A DNA stretch of 64,000 nucleotides, taken from NCBI GenBank assembly GCA_965113315.1, contig OZ220368.1; one strand, written 5' to 3'. The notes beneath the pieces are model-generated. The model had not been told where the DNA came from. It did not search any database and saw only the letters and a program-made list of their open reading frames with translations. Shown here piece by piece: positions 14,367-26,558 of this stretch. A program made the translations under genes and the position numbers. This DNA comes from Podarcis vaucheri (taxonomy: Eukaryota). The number at the start of each line of letters is the position of its first letter. Within the stretch, counting starts at the first letter, position 1.

Positions 14367-14726
14367 GGGATGCGGGTGGTGCTGTGGTTTAAACCACTGA
14401 GCCTTGGGCTTGCCAATCAGAAGGTCGGCGGTTCAAATCCCCACGATGGGGTGAGCTCCTGTTGTTTGGTTCCAGCTCCTGCCAACCTAGCAGTTCGAAA
14501 GCACGTCAAAGTGCAAGTAGATAAATAGATACCGCTCCGGCGGGAAGGTAAACGGCATTTTCGTGCACTGCTCTGGTTTGCCAGAAGCGGCTTAGTCATG
14601 CTGGCCACATGACCCGGAAGCTGTCTGCAGACAAATGCCGGCTCCATTGGCCAGTCAAGCGAGATGAGCGCCGCAACCCCAGAGTCGTTCGTGACTGGAC
14701 TTAATAGTGAGGGGTCCCTTTACCTT
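14367..14726 (+). mobile_element. Sauria (Squam1) SINE
   Basis: gggatgcgggtggtgctgtgg...ccctttaccttt; 15-bp TSD tacagcaYttaatta with one mismatch. Confidence 0.93.
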
Positions 14727-17348
14727 TACAGCATTTAATTACCAAAGTTCAGGCCTACACGAGCAGGAAGATACTCATCTAACCCCAGGCTCACCAGGCT
14801 CATACTACTGCATTATGAGAGAGCTTGCCAAAATGCTTATCTGCCCCCTCCCATTCAGGATTCATTTCAACCCCCAATTTGTTGAGGACTGAAAGCAAAT
14901 CACAAAGATTATCCAGTGCAGAAGTGTGCACATCTGATTTCCTAACAGGCGTTTATACTTTTGTCTGTAAAACAAGCTCACCAAGAATCTTGTTTTGAAC
15001 AGATGTGAAGTATCAGGTTACTTATTGCAAGCAGAGGGAGAGTCCAAGGTACCAAATGAGAATGGAATGCAGTTACCTCATGCAGAGGATTTATGTAAAC
15101 AGTACAGTGCTTATTTTCCTTTGTGGCAAAGTAGCATCTTGCTGAAACAGAAAGAAACTGTATCTAAAACCTGCAGTGGAGTTCTCTGTTTCCAGTTTTG
15201 TGTACAAGACATCATGAGGTTGTTGTTCTACAGCAATGTGTACAGAAGAAAGCCTAGATTGATCTTGATGTATTTCTCTTATACAATTAAATTCTTTGTA
15301 CATTTCCTGCCTGAAAATTTAGATCCATGAGACAAAAAATTAAACCAGAACTAAAAGTTACAGCTGGCAATGAAATAGAGTTTTGCTTAAGGACTCTTTC
15401 AGCCATTGGGTTTGCTCACTTTATTTTCTCAGGCATTTCCATTCTCCCTTATGAACTCATAGAAATGGCAATTTCAGTGTTCTCCAAAGTACATGGAATG
15501 GTTTAAGATGAGCTATACCTTTAACACCCTAACATCAGCAAAATTATAAAGACCAGGTGAGTTTACATTTACCCACTATGCTTGCCTGTTCTTTTGTTGA
15601 TGAAAATTTAATGTTCTGCAGAACCTGAAATTTTTGGAGAAAGAATATACGTGTAAAAGGAATAGAGAGAAGTTATTCTCTCTTTCTTGTAATACTAGAA
15701 TTCAGGATCACCCAATTAAGCTCTAACTCAAATTAATGGAGGCTAAGACTATCAATGTCTGCTGGTCAAGATGGCAATATACCACTTCCAGAGTCAGAGA
15801 CGCCATGCCTCTGCATACCAGCTGCTGGGGAACAGCAACAGGAGAGAGCTGTTACCTCATGTCCTGCTTGTGGGCATCTTGTAGGCATCTTGTTGGCCAC
15901 TGTGGGAAACAGGAAACTAAACTAAACTAGGTAGGCCTTTGGTCTACTCCTGCAGGGTTGTTCTTATGTTCTTAAGTTTCAATTGGAAAGCAATGAATTC
16001 AATTAGAAAGCAACATATTGTGAACATATCCTCACATTAAACTCTTTTTCTTTCAGAAGAGCCTTCCTATTCAAAGCTCATACACCTTAAGAAAAAAGAT
16101 ACAATAACTATGATAAAGACAATCACACTGCATCATGTTGGCAAATTCAAATTTTTAAACAGTGTATATGAGTTTGAAACATAAGCATATTTGAACTGTT
16201 TGCCTGCAAAGTGAATATATTCACAAGCCAACATCAAGGCAAGTACTTTTACAGCTTTACTTCAGGCAATGAATCACCGTGACTGCTATTTTAACCATGG
16301 TTTGTTGAAGAAACCACGAACCATCTCACAGATGAATGAACAAGTCACATCTTTTTTCTTGAAAGCTTAGTTTGTTTTCCAGTGGCTCTTGCCTCGTGCC
16401 TTTGTAGTTTGGTGAGTGTCTGAGGTGCAATGATGAAACAAACCATGATTAAGCAAGGCGGCTGGGTTTGACAGTAACACTAAAACCACAGTTAAAACAA
16501 GCCATGGCTTGTAAGCCAACAAGTTGTGTCTCCACACTGTTGTTTGCTGATAGAAAACAAATCATGGTTAGTTTGTTGGGCTGAGTTTGTGTGCTCAACA
16601 AACCATGACTTAAGAGTTATGTGCAAATTGAGCTCTGTAACGAACAGTTACTGAAACTTTGTACAGTATTAGCACAAGAGCAGAACACCAAAACACAGAT
16701 CTCCATTCTTATATAGTCTCTTATATTCATGCACCCAGAAAGGAAGCCACACAATACTACTCCATACCCACTATATTAATTGTTCCTTATAATATTCCTT
16801 CTTGGGAGGAAGAAGAGTGTAAGGGAAAGAAGCAGAGACAACATCAGTGCCTGCTCCAGTCCGACTGTCTTCTCCCCACACCCAACTTTACATTTTTGTC
16901 TTAATACTCCAAAATTATAAAAATGCCTTGAGTGTCTTGACAGATGCGGCAACTTAATTTATTATTACTACAATTTATTACCCACCCTCACTCTAAGGTC
17001 ACAAGGCATTGGTGTAAACTTTGTAAGCAAATGTACAGCGGTACATTCACATCCTGTTGGAAAAATCTGGGGAGGGGGGGAGAATAAAGGGTCATCTAAA
17101 TTAAGAAGTGATATTAATGGTTCCTGCATCCATATCGGAGAACTGCAGCCCCTCATACCTCTTGCACTACTGCAGCAGGAAGTAGTATTTAATGTTAGTC
17201 CTATTTTTAAAGTAACACCTCTTCCTAGCACAGGTTCTTTGCCCTTGTTATATAACAATAAGAATCTCTACATTTTCCCAGCAATGTATCATTCGTAAGG
17301 GCAGCTCTTACATGCTAACCTGTTGCACACTCAAAGCAGAAAGCATCT

Positions 17349-17488
17349 CATAGAATCATAGAATCATAGGGCTGGAATAGACCACAAGGGCCATCGAGTC
17401 CAACCCCCTGCCAAGCAGGAAACACCATCAGAGCACTCCTGACATATGGTTGTCAAGCCTCTGCTTAAAGACCTCCAAAGAAGGAGAC
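17349..17488 (-). mobile_element. CR1 3' fragment (same subfamily as the 40.4-43.1 kb copy)
   Basis: Near-identical to ~40375-40513, including the catagaat repeats. Confidence 0.9.
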
Positions 17489-18089
17489 AGTAAAGTTACT
17501 GACAACTCTAAGAATGCTTTTATCTTAAATATTACCCCCTAAATGGTTATCGTCCCTCTCAATATACATACTTTGAGCTCATAATTTCCCAATATAACCC
17601 CAAGGACTAGCTCATCTGCCCAAACTTCAAAATTCTACCTCAAAACGTAGCTGCTATCATCATGTTCTATTATTAAAGTATTAGGACTGGACATTCCTAC
17701 TGCTTTACCCACCCCACTTCAGTCACCAGAACTAAACCCATATGGCAATTCTATGGTGTAAGCCTTAAAATACACAGATGCCTCTATTCCAACCAAAGAC
17801 CACAATGGTAATCTCATATTTCCACATAACACTCGCATGATCAAACTTATAACATGTCAGTCTTAAATGTTACTAACCAACCCCAGTCTGCAGCTTAGTC
17901 AAGATGCCAGGCTGCCCTCAATAGGGTTTTTTTCTGTTGTGGTTGGAATTCCTTCCCACTGAAACTTTGGCAGGCACATTCTCTCTTCTCAGAGGGAGTG
18001 GTCATAAAACTTACCTTATTCACTGTAACTTCTGCAGCTAGGTTAAGTTGTTTGTATTCCTCTGTTGTTTATTCTGACACTGTTTATCC

Positions 18090-18225
18090 CAGTGTTTCCC
18101 AAACTTGGGTCTCCAACTGTTTTTGGACCTCAACTCCCATCATCCCTAGCTAGCAAGACCTGTGGTCAAGGATGGTAGGAATTGTTGACCAAAAGCAGCT
18201 GAAGACTCAAGTTTGGGAAACACTG
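18090..18225. mobile_element. hAT MITE
   Basis: TIR cagtgtttcccaaactt...aagtttgggaaacactg; perfect 8-bp TSD gtttatcc. Confidence 0.9.
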
Positions 18226-19599
18226 GTTTATCCCATGCTGCTGCTATGTGATTAGAAGTTTTCCCTGTTGGTTCTTAGACCGGAATTGGTTTTTAATAAT
18301 GAATCATTGTTATTTATTTTTATTTTAAGTCACATTGAAGTCAGTATATTTATAGATCACCTTTCAGCCATAATAAGTAAGAAGCAATAGAGTGACCTTA
18401 CAGTTACTATGGCTTATTTATTTTACTTCATTTTATTAATTTTTATACTGTCCTTCATCCATAAATCTCAGGGAAGTTCACAACATAAAAAATACATAAT
18501 AAAAAAACAAAATACATAATAAAAATAAAAACACCCTCCAGACACAAGCTAATAACCCCTGCCTCTGCCTGAAGATTGTTCAGTAAATAACGTTCACACA
18601 AAAAAAACCATATAGTATACTGTATTGGTGATTATTAAGAAAAGGTAAATGTTTCTAGTGGCAACTAAGTAAAAACAAAACAAGTGCAATTCTATACATG
18701 TCAACTCAGAACAAAATCCTATTGAGCTCAAATTACTCCCAGTTAAATGTTAAAAGACTAACCTATGACTAACCCTGAACAAGTTGCCTGTCTATAATGT
18801 TCTAATTGAAACCATAAAATAAATTTGGATTGAACAAGTTGTGTGCTAATGAGTTTTACCGCACAAAGCACCTGCTAACTTGCAAAGTTTACCACTATCA
18901 AAGACTACTACTGTACTATCCGAAGCAGCAACACTCAGTTTAACTGAATCTTAAACAATTTACTGAATTAAACTTATTCAAACTTTGTTTTAAGGCCACA
19001 ATTGTTACATAGTAAACCCCAGATTTGTGTGTTACTGTTTTTTCAAAGATACAGTGTAACTAGTGTGGTATAGACTGCAAAACAGGCAGTTTTGTCCCTA
19101 ATGTCCTGTTTGTAAGCTGCAGAAAGAGCGCCTCAGTAGTTCGACCTTGTGTCTGATCCTGCCAAACAACTCTTTACGCTTTTAATTAATCCCCTGTGCT
19201 GTGCAGATTTCAATTATCAAGATGTCTCCCCTGAAGTAGACACAGTAATGGGCAAGACCATAAGCAGAGCCTGTGTTTTGTTTGTTTACTAACGTCAATG
19301 AAACTTGCTCTCAAGTTTGGGTGCTCAGGATGGAGTCACCATCTGACAGAGAGGGGGAGAAAGTTACTGCTACTTCCCTTTTCTGGTCTATCCCTACTTC
19401 AAAAGAGGGGAATGGTTGGATTCCGCCTTCAAATGCGGCACAAAAGCAGCCTTGGCTGCCAACGTTTATCACGCGGAAGCTCTACCTCGCTTGCCAAAAG
19501 GAGTCAACCCCTCTTTCCTCAAGCAAGGAGAGTACATCTTGCCCGCCCCCAGACCCAAAACAGGCTTGTGCTTCTGAGACCCGCCTCCCCCTTTCACAA

Positions 19600-20340
19600 A
19601 GTAAAGAGCACTTAGCACCACCAGGCCCTTCGGCTCCCCCCACCCCACAAAAAACCCCACTTCAGTCGCCTCAAGTTAAAACGCGGCCCGACCCCACGCC
19701 CCCCTCCACATAAATCTCCCAACGCTACCACCCTATTGGCTAGCGCCAAAATCTCTGCCATCCCTATTGGCTTCCTCGCGACCGCGACACTCCCTCTCTC
19801 AGAAACCCCTACCCCTGGCAAGCGGGCAGCCTGGCTGTGCTCCGCTTCGCCCCCCCACCCACCCCACCCCCACAGCTCCGTCCTCCCGGTTTGCCCCCCC
19901 CTCCCTCGACACGCACCGTATAGTAGGAGAGCAGCCCCGCGTTGTAGTCGAGCACGAACCAGCGGTACTGCCAGCCTTTCATCACGTTGGTCCATTTACT
20001 CAGCGGGCCTTCCATGATGGACGCCATCTTGGGAGCCGGTAAGATGCCAAGCGGCCCCGCTGAAGCGAACGCCGGTCGCGCGGGCGGGGCTGAAGGAGAA
20101 GGAGGAGGAGCGGGGCGGGCTGGGGGGGAGGAGGAGAGAGGAGGGACGGAGAGAAAGAAAGAACGCGCGAGCGGGCGGGTGCGCGCGCACCGTCAGTGGG
20201 CTAGGCCTGACTGAGGCGGCGCGAGATTAAGAGGAGAGAGGCGACGGGCGCGGCAAGGGAAAAAAACACCGCACACACACACACACAGAGCCTACGCTGC
20301 TAACGAGAGGGAGGAGATAAAGACTGAGGGGGCGTGACTT
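19600..20340. promoter_or_regulatory. CpG island / OSBPL9 promoter
   Basis: GC- and CpG-dense; GGGCGGGG boxes; surrounds exon 1. Boundaries approximate. Confidence 0.85.
19917..20027 (-). CDS. OSBPL9: Oxysterol-binding protein-related protein 9, coding exon 1 (PH domain start)
   Basis: Translates [37 protein letters not shown], the recognisable ORP9 N-terminus; 111 nt followed by a GTGCGT donor; lies in a CpG island. Confidence 0.97.
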
Positions 20341-20427
20341 GTGTACTGAGGGACGCAAGGTGGAGGGAGGGGGCCAAAAAATAATAATCGTTATTGGAAA
20401 AGGGTTTTTGGAAAAGTCTTAGGGAAT

Positions 20428-20887
20428 TATTGTTGTTTAGTCGTGTCCGACTCTTCGTGACCCCATGGACCAGAGCACGCCAGGCCCTCCTGTCTTCCAC
20501 TGCCTCCCGCAGTTTGGTCAGACTCATGTTGGTAGCTTCGAGAACACTGTCCAACCATCTCGTCCCCTTCTCCTTGTGCCCTCCATCTTTCCCAACATCA
20601 GGGTCTTTTCCAGGGAGTCTTCTCTTCTCATGAGGTGGCCAAAGTATTGGAGCCTCAGCTTCATGATCTGTCCTTCCAGTGAGCACTCAGGGCTGATTTC
20701 CTTCAGAATGGAGAGGTTTGATCTTGCAGTCCATGGGACTCTCAAGAGTCTCCTCCAGCACCATAATTCAAAAGCATCAATTATTCGGCGATCAGCCTTC
20801 TTTATGGTCCAGGTCTCACTTCCATACATCACGACTGGGAAAACCTTTGTCGGCAAGGTGATGTCTCTGCTTTTTAAGATGCTGTCT
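20428..20887 (-). mobile_element. BovB (RTE) LINE 3' fragment
   Basis: Encodes ...WTIKKADRRIIDAFELWCWRRLLRVPWTAR...LKLQYFGHLMRR-like BovB C-terminus; 3' end gggtcacgaagagtcggacacgactaaacaacaa; small internal deletions. Confidence 0.92.
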
Positions 20888-21380
20888 TAAAGTATAGCGA
20901 AGCATTTAAGGCTGCTGCCAGTATGGGCTTAAAGGTGCCGAAAGCTGTATTTCTGCTTGCACGTAGGTGACCTGGAAGAAAGCCTCGTTGAAACTCCTTT
21001 CGAGTGCATTCGGAGTTACAGAACTTCATTTGGGTGTCACTCTGAATAAAGACGGTGCTTATTATCCTGTTCCCACTACAGATGTGGAATTCACTCAGCA
21101 CTGACAAGTTTTCTTGGAACCCTGGAGCTGTAAAGGTATTTTGCAGACACTCTAGTTCTGATTGGATTGCCCTAATCTACTATGCTTTTCGTCTGCAGGG
21201 GTGTAGGAAGGGGGGGCGGGGGACAGGCTGACCCAGGTGCCATCATCAGGTGACAAATTGTCAAGGAACAATTACTGCCCTAATAGGGCGGTTCATAAAA
21301 AACTTTTTTTTTTAAATGCCGGCTCCAAAGGTCTTACCTTACTACACTAGGGATTATATAGCTATGTATGATATTTCATA

Positions 21381-21744
21381 GGGACGCGGGTGGCGCTGTG
21401 GGCTAAAGCCTCAGCGCCTAGGGCTTGCCGATCGAAAGGTCGGCGGTTCGAATCCCCGCGGCGGGGTGCGCTCCCGCTGCTCGGTCCCAGCGCCTGCCCA
21501 CCTAGCAGTTCGAAAGCACCCCCGGGGGCAAGTAGATAAATAGGTACCGCTTACCAGCGGGAAGGTAAACGGCGTTCCGTGTGCGGCTCTGGCTCGCCAG
21601 AGCAGCGTTGTCACGCTGGCCACGTGACCCGGAAGTGTCTGCGGACAGCGCTGGCCCCCGGCCAATAGATGTGAGATGGGCGCACAAACCCCAGAGTCTG
21701 TCAAGACTGGCCCGTTCGGGCAGGGGTACCTTTACCTTTACCTT
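21381..21744 (+). mobile_element. Sauria (Squam1) SINE, CpG-rich variant
   Basis: gggacgcgggtggcgctgtgg...(taccttt)n; 13-bp TSD tatgatatttcat. Confidence 0.93.
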
Positions 21745-23517
21745 TATGATATTTCATGCATATCAGTTAATATCTTGACCCTCCTCCACGAAAATAGCTG
21801 TTTACTTGGCCGTTTTCCTATGTCATGAAGGCTGAAATTTCAATTCAGTGGAGCAGGTCAAGCCTCCTAGCCGCCTGCTTTCCTATACAGCCAGTCCAAC
21901 TGGTGGCTCTGGCTGTCTGCTTCCTTCTCCTTACTCTCGGTTGTTCCCTTGTAGAATTCAGCAGAGAGGAGGATGGAGACAAGCCTAGAAAAGTGCAAAG
22001 TTGGATTGGGGCATGTTCTTTACCATGAAGCAAACTGTGCATTTGAGCAATTTTGCGATCATGTTCACTAAACAGGAAAGGAATGGTCAGAGTTCTTCTT
22101 GGCATGTGGCAATATGCTTCAGTACTACTGTTGATAGTTTCAAAGACCTTAAGGAATTCACATGATTTCTCAGACCTTTTGCTGAGTATTCCTGGGACTG
22201 CAGAGCTGGAATGGGGGGAAATCCCTATTAAAACTTTCTACTAACACCACTCCTCCACAGCTCGATCATATTTATATTAGAGGCCAAAACAACAAAGTTT
22301 TGTGGCATGTTAAAGACTGACAAATTTTATTATGCCATAAGCTTCCATGCATTACGTGTTGTCAGAATACTTGAGAATGTAAGCCATTTGTTCCTGTTTA
22401 ACTTTAGGGTGACAATCCTGTGCACACTCAGTGATTGTTAATTCATCTCTGAGAAAGTTTGCAAAGGATCAGAATACATCTTTCCCCAATGCCAGAATAA
22501 AACATATTGTTTGGAAGCTATTTTGGAAATCAGTGACAATTAGTGAACACTAATAGGGAACTTATGGTGAAGGGCTGCTTATAAATCAAATTAATAATAA
22601 CAACCAACATAATTTTAATGTGAAATGATTAATCAGCTCCTAAGCATGCTCAATGGAATTTGGTGTTTTTTTTAATATACTAAGGCTATAATCCTAAATT
22701 TGTGACTTACCTCAGAGTAAACATGCATGAGATTGGTCTGAACATTTAGCATGACTGGAATTACTCTGGATTTATACAAATTAGAGAAATACAGTGAATA
22801 GTCACCAACTATAACAGGCCTAGGAAACCTGAGCCCCAGCCAGTATGACCAATGAGCAGCGATGATAGAAGTGGTAATTCAGAAAAATCTGGCTGTCCTC
22901 TGGTTAGCCACCTGTGTTTGGTTGCAATCTTGTTTAGAAATTATATGGTAGAGGAGTGATTCTGCATAGTGATATAAAGCTTGCATCTGCTCTAATTCCT
23001 TTAGTTCAGAGATGACTAACCTGTGGCCCTGCACACATTGCTGGACTCCACCTACCCATCAGCCTTAATCAGTATTTGTGGATGATAGAAGTTACAGATC
23101 AGCAGCACCTGAAGGAACATAGTCTAGCTACTCCTGCTTAAAGTTGCAATCCTAGCTATGTCTACACAGAATTAAGTCCCACTGAATTAAATATGGCTTA
23201 CTGCCAGGTAAGTAGAATTAGGACTGCAGCCATAGTTTCTAATCAACTTCCTGCTCTTGTAGATTACTCATGCAAGGCTTTGCAGCTTTACTCCTTTTTA
23301 TGTGAATGGGATATACACACACTGATAACTAGCTGAATATGTGGAGTAGAGACCGCAACAACGACAATGTAGTCAAATTGTCATGAGCTGTCATGACCAG
23401 CTTTTTCTTTTCTTTTCTAGAATGCTGCAAACCACTTAGTTTGTTTTCAAAAGGGAATTTAGTGTGGGAATGGTAACATTTCAGTTGGGATTGAGGCTAT
23501 TTTGACTGAGATGAATA

Positions 23518-23788
23518 CAGTGGTGCCTCGCAAGACGAAATTAATCTGTTCCGCGAGTCTCTTCGTCTTGCGAAGCACGGCTATTAGCGGATTAGCGGCT
23601 ATTAACGGCTTAGCGGCTATTAATGGCTTAGCGGCTTTAAGAAAAAGGAAACGAACTCGCAAGACGTTTCGTCTTGCGAAGCAAGCCCATAGGGAAATTC
23701 GTCTTGCGGAATGACTCAAAAAACGGAAAACTCTTTCATCTTGCGCGTTTTTCGTCTTGCAAGGCATTCGTCTTGCGAGGTACCACTG
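23518..23788. mobile_element. Tc1/mariner (Tigger-like) MITE, family A
   Basis: TA|cagtggtgcctcgcaagacgaa...ttcgtcttgcgaggtaccactg|TA; internal 18-bp ttagcggcta repeats. Confidence 0.88.
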
Positions 23789-24035
23789 TACAGTATATTT
23801 ACTTACAAAAACAAGGTGAGCTATTATGATGTACTGAATTCTAAAAAGTTCTGCTTGCTACGTTCTCAAATATATTTCAAGTGGCAGAATGCTAACAATA
23901 CTTTCAAAGAGTAGTCGAGTAGGAAGGCAATACACTTGCTGGGTGTGAATTGATCTGAATTAGATCCAGACACCTGTGTCTTCAGAATCCATTTCCTTTG
24001 AGACATTCCAGGGAGTTTCTGTGCTAGCGCAATTG

Positions 24036-24054
24036 CGTGGTCCCTTCTGATTGG
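24036..24054 (-). promoter_or_regulatory. ER stress response element (ERSE-I, CCAAT-N9-CCACG)
   Basis: Plus strand CGTGG-tcccttctg-ATTGG is the exact reverse complement of the consensus, ~204 bp upstream of the calreticulin-like ATG. Confidence 0.7.
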
Positions 24055-24257
24055 TCCTTGTAGCTCAATTATTCATGGATTCTAACCAGTGGAAAAGACC
24101 CTTCTGTTCAGTATGATTATCAGTGTGATGACTGTTGTGGTTGTAGATTAGGAGAAGTGGGACAATATTTCAGAGGGGGTGTTACTATAGTCCTCTTAGT
24201 GCAATTTATAGAAGCCTCCTACCATTTTCAGAACTCTAAGTTCCTGTGAAACCAGTA

Positions 24258-24408
24258 ATGCAGCTGATTTACTTAGGGACCTTCTTGATAGGACTGGTAT
24301 TTGGGGAACAAACTGACAATGACAATGATGATAGCCCTTCTACTATGTTAGAGACACCACAGCATACAATAATAAAGGAGTATTTTAGGGAAGAGTTTGA
24401 TGATGAAG
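24258..24408 (+). CDS. CALR4: Calreticulin paralogue (CALR4-like) exon 1: signal peptide, acidic extension, start of N-domain
   Basis: In-frame TAA at 24237, ATG at 24258: MQLIYLGTFLIGLVFG-EQTDNDNDDSPSTMLETPQHTIIKEYFREEFDDE(G)|gtaagt. YFREEFDD aligns with CALR YFKEQFLD; phase 1 matches exon 2. Gene symbol rests on OSBPL9/EPS15 synteny. Confidence 0.88.
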
Positions 24409-26235
24409 GTAAGTGATACTTTGCTGTTTCTCTGTTCTGGAAGGAAACGGTTGACTTCCAAATCTTCTTTCATTTATGTAGCCTTACTCTAAAGAGTTGC
24501 ATTCTTGTTTGATTTCATTTTTTTTTACTGTTTAATAATAAAATTAATTGATAAAATACTATGAAATATCTATTTTGTATGGTATCCCTTCTACTAAGCT
24601 ATCAGTACATTCAGTACCACTACAGAAAAAAAATAAAGAATAGAAGCATGAAAGAGAAGACTGACCTTTTGCAATTTCCCCCCAAGTTTAGGAAAACTAA
24701 TAATTAAAAGCAGTTGTCTTGCAAATTTTGTGAGGCTGCTGTCCTGTTCTGCTGTCCTACCTGGCAATATGTCTCACTGAATTCAGTGGCCGTTACATCT
24801 GAGTAGACATGCATAGGATTTCACTGTGAGTGATGCATGGAAGGAACAGAGATAAACCAGTTGAACATGAGGAGTCAGTCCTGATGCATTTGGAATCCTA
24901 GAGCACAGCTAATTTATAAAAGGATGCATCCAAAGTTAATAGTTTCATCTGTTTAAATATAAAGAAAAGGTAACCCAGATAGAAATAGTTTTTACTGTCT
25001 ATTCTGAAACATTCAGAAGCAACTGATGTCCTGATATAGTATAGTGTGTTTCCCTGCATAAGAGATTGCACAGCTTTAAAATCTCTGCTATGTATCCTAA
25101 TTTCAATATCTTTCAATATGTCTTCTTAAGAACTCCTAAGCAGACTGCAATTTTATTTATAGTGCTGCTCTATATGGAGCTAAAGGCAAATTCATTCACA
25201 GTACTAGGTTTCTGGGTTTGGTTAAAAGTTTGATTCTGGTTAATCATTCTTGAAGGTTTTTAGTGCTGTCTCCTAGGAAGAGAGAGTATTTTACATGTCC
25301 TCATCTACCTCCCATACAATTTCCTCCCTTCTTCCAATTTCTTATTTCTATCCCATGGGAAGATCAGTACAGGTGTTATTATCATTTATTATTGCGCCTG
25401 TTTGTACCCTTTCTTTAGAAGACATACTAAATGACACCAGTCTTGTACTGAAAGTCCATTACAAAATGGCTTGAAAATTAATTCAATCTGGTTTATATTA
25501 CATTTGTTTGAATTTTGAGCCCTATGTTCAGTGTTATAAACATGACATAAACCAGGCAAATCACAAACATGATTCAACATGTAGCGAGTGGTCTCTTGGG
25601 ATCATTGAGCAGTTTTCTCTAGCTCCAGATGGAGTTAAATATAGGCTTTTGTGATATTCAGCTAAGCATTCTTGAGTAAAATACTTTTTGTAGGGTTGTT
25701 TTTAACCAAATGTAATTCAAGATATATCAAGAATGCCTTTTTAGGTTTGCTGCCAGGTTTTATGCCTATGATGAAGGTTTCATCACTTGAATGATCTTTA
25801 AGAAAGACGTAGGTGCTCTAGTATGAGTGCTCTAGTATTATTCCTTGTCAGTGGCCACATTCAAATCTCACTCTAAACCACAGTATAGTATGATGAGACT
25901 GAGCAATGGTTTGCCTCTGATACATATGCTCTTTCCCTTCCTTTTCTTCCTCTGGCACAGTAGCACAAGGGGAAGTTCAGAATCTGTTTGCTTCTGCTTT
26001 TGCTTAACCACAGCTTGTTGTGTTACGCAGATTGAAAAAATGTGGTTAATGCTTTGTTTTGTTGGTTTAAAACAACTCTCCTTCAAATGATGAAGTTATT
26101 TTGTTGTTGGTTTAAACAAACCATAGTTAACATTGACCATGGTTCAGGGTTTGGATTAAATATCTGGAAAATTACTGCTTGTTATATGGCTGTTAAGTCC
26201 ATGTGTCGTGTAGCCATGAGTTAATTTGTATAGTA

Positions 26236-26461
26236 CAGTGGTACCTCAGGTTAAGAACTTAATTTGTTCTGGAGGTCCGTTCTTAACCTGAAACTGTTCT
26301 TAACCTAAAGCACCACTTTAGCTAATGGGGCCTCCTGCTGCCGCTGCGCTGCCACTGCATGATTTCTGTTCTCATCCTGAAGCAAAGTTCTTAACCCGAG
26401 GTACTATTTCTGGGTGGGGAGTGGCTGGGGAAACCCAGCCAGATGGGCGGGGTACAAATAA

Positions 26462-26508
<47 letters not shown>

Positions 26509-26558
26509 GGGTTAGCGGAGTCTGTAACCTGAAGCATCTGTAACCCGAGGTACCACTG
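26236..26558. mobile_element. Tc1/mariner MITE, family B, with nested L2 tail
   Basis: TA|cagtggtacctcaggtta...taacccgaggtaccactg|TA; insert at ~26416-26507. Confidence 0.88.

Noticed and set aside
19273-20214. Multiple long overlapping ORFs around OSBPL9 exon 1
   Set aside because: A GC-rich CpG island lacks stop codons; only 19917-20027 has homology and splice support.
23575-23640. Short direct repeats resembling an array (ttagcggcta...)
   Set aside because: Internal repeats of a MITE with no unique spacers; eukaryotic DNA, so not CRISPR.
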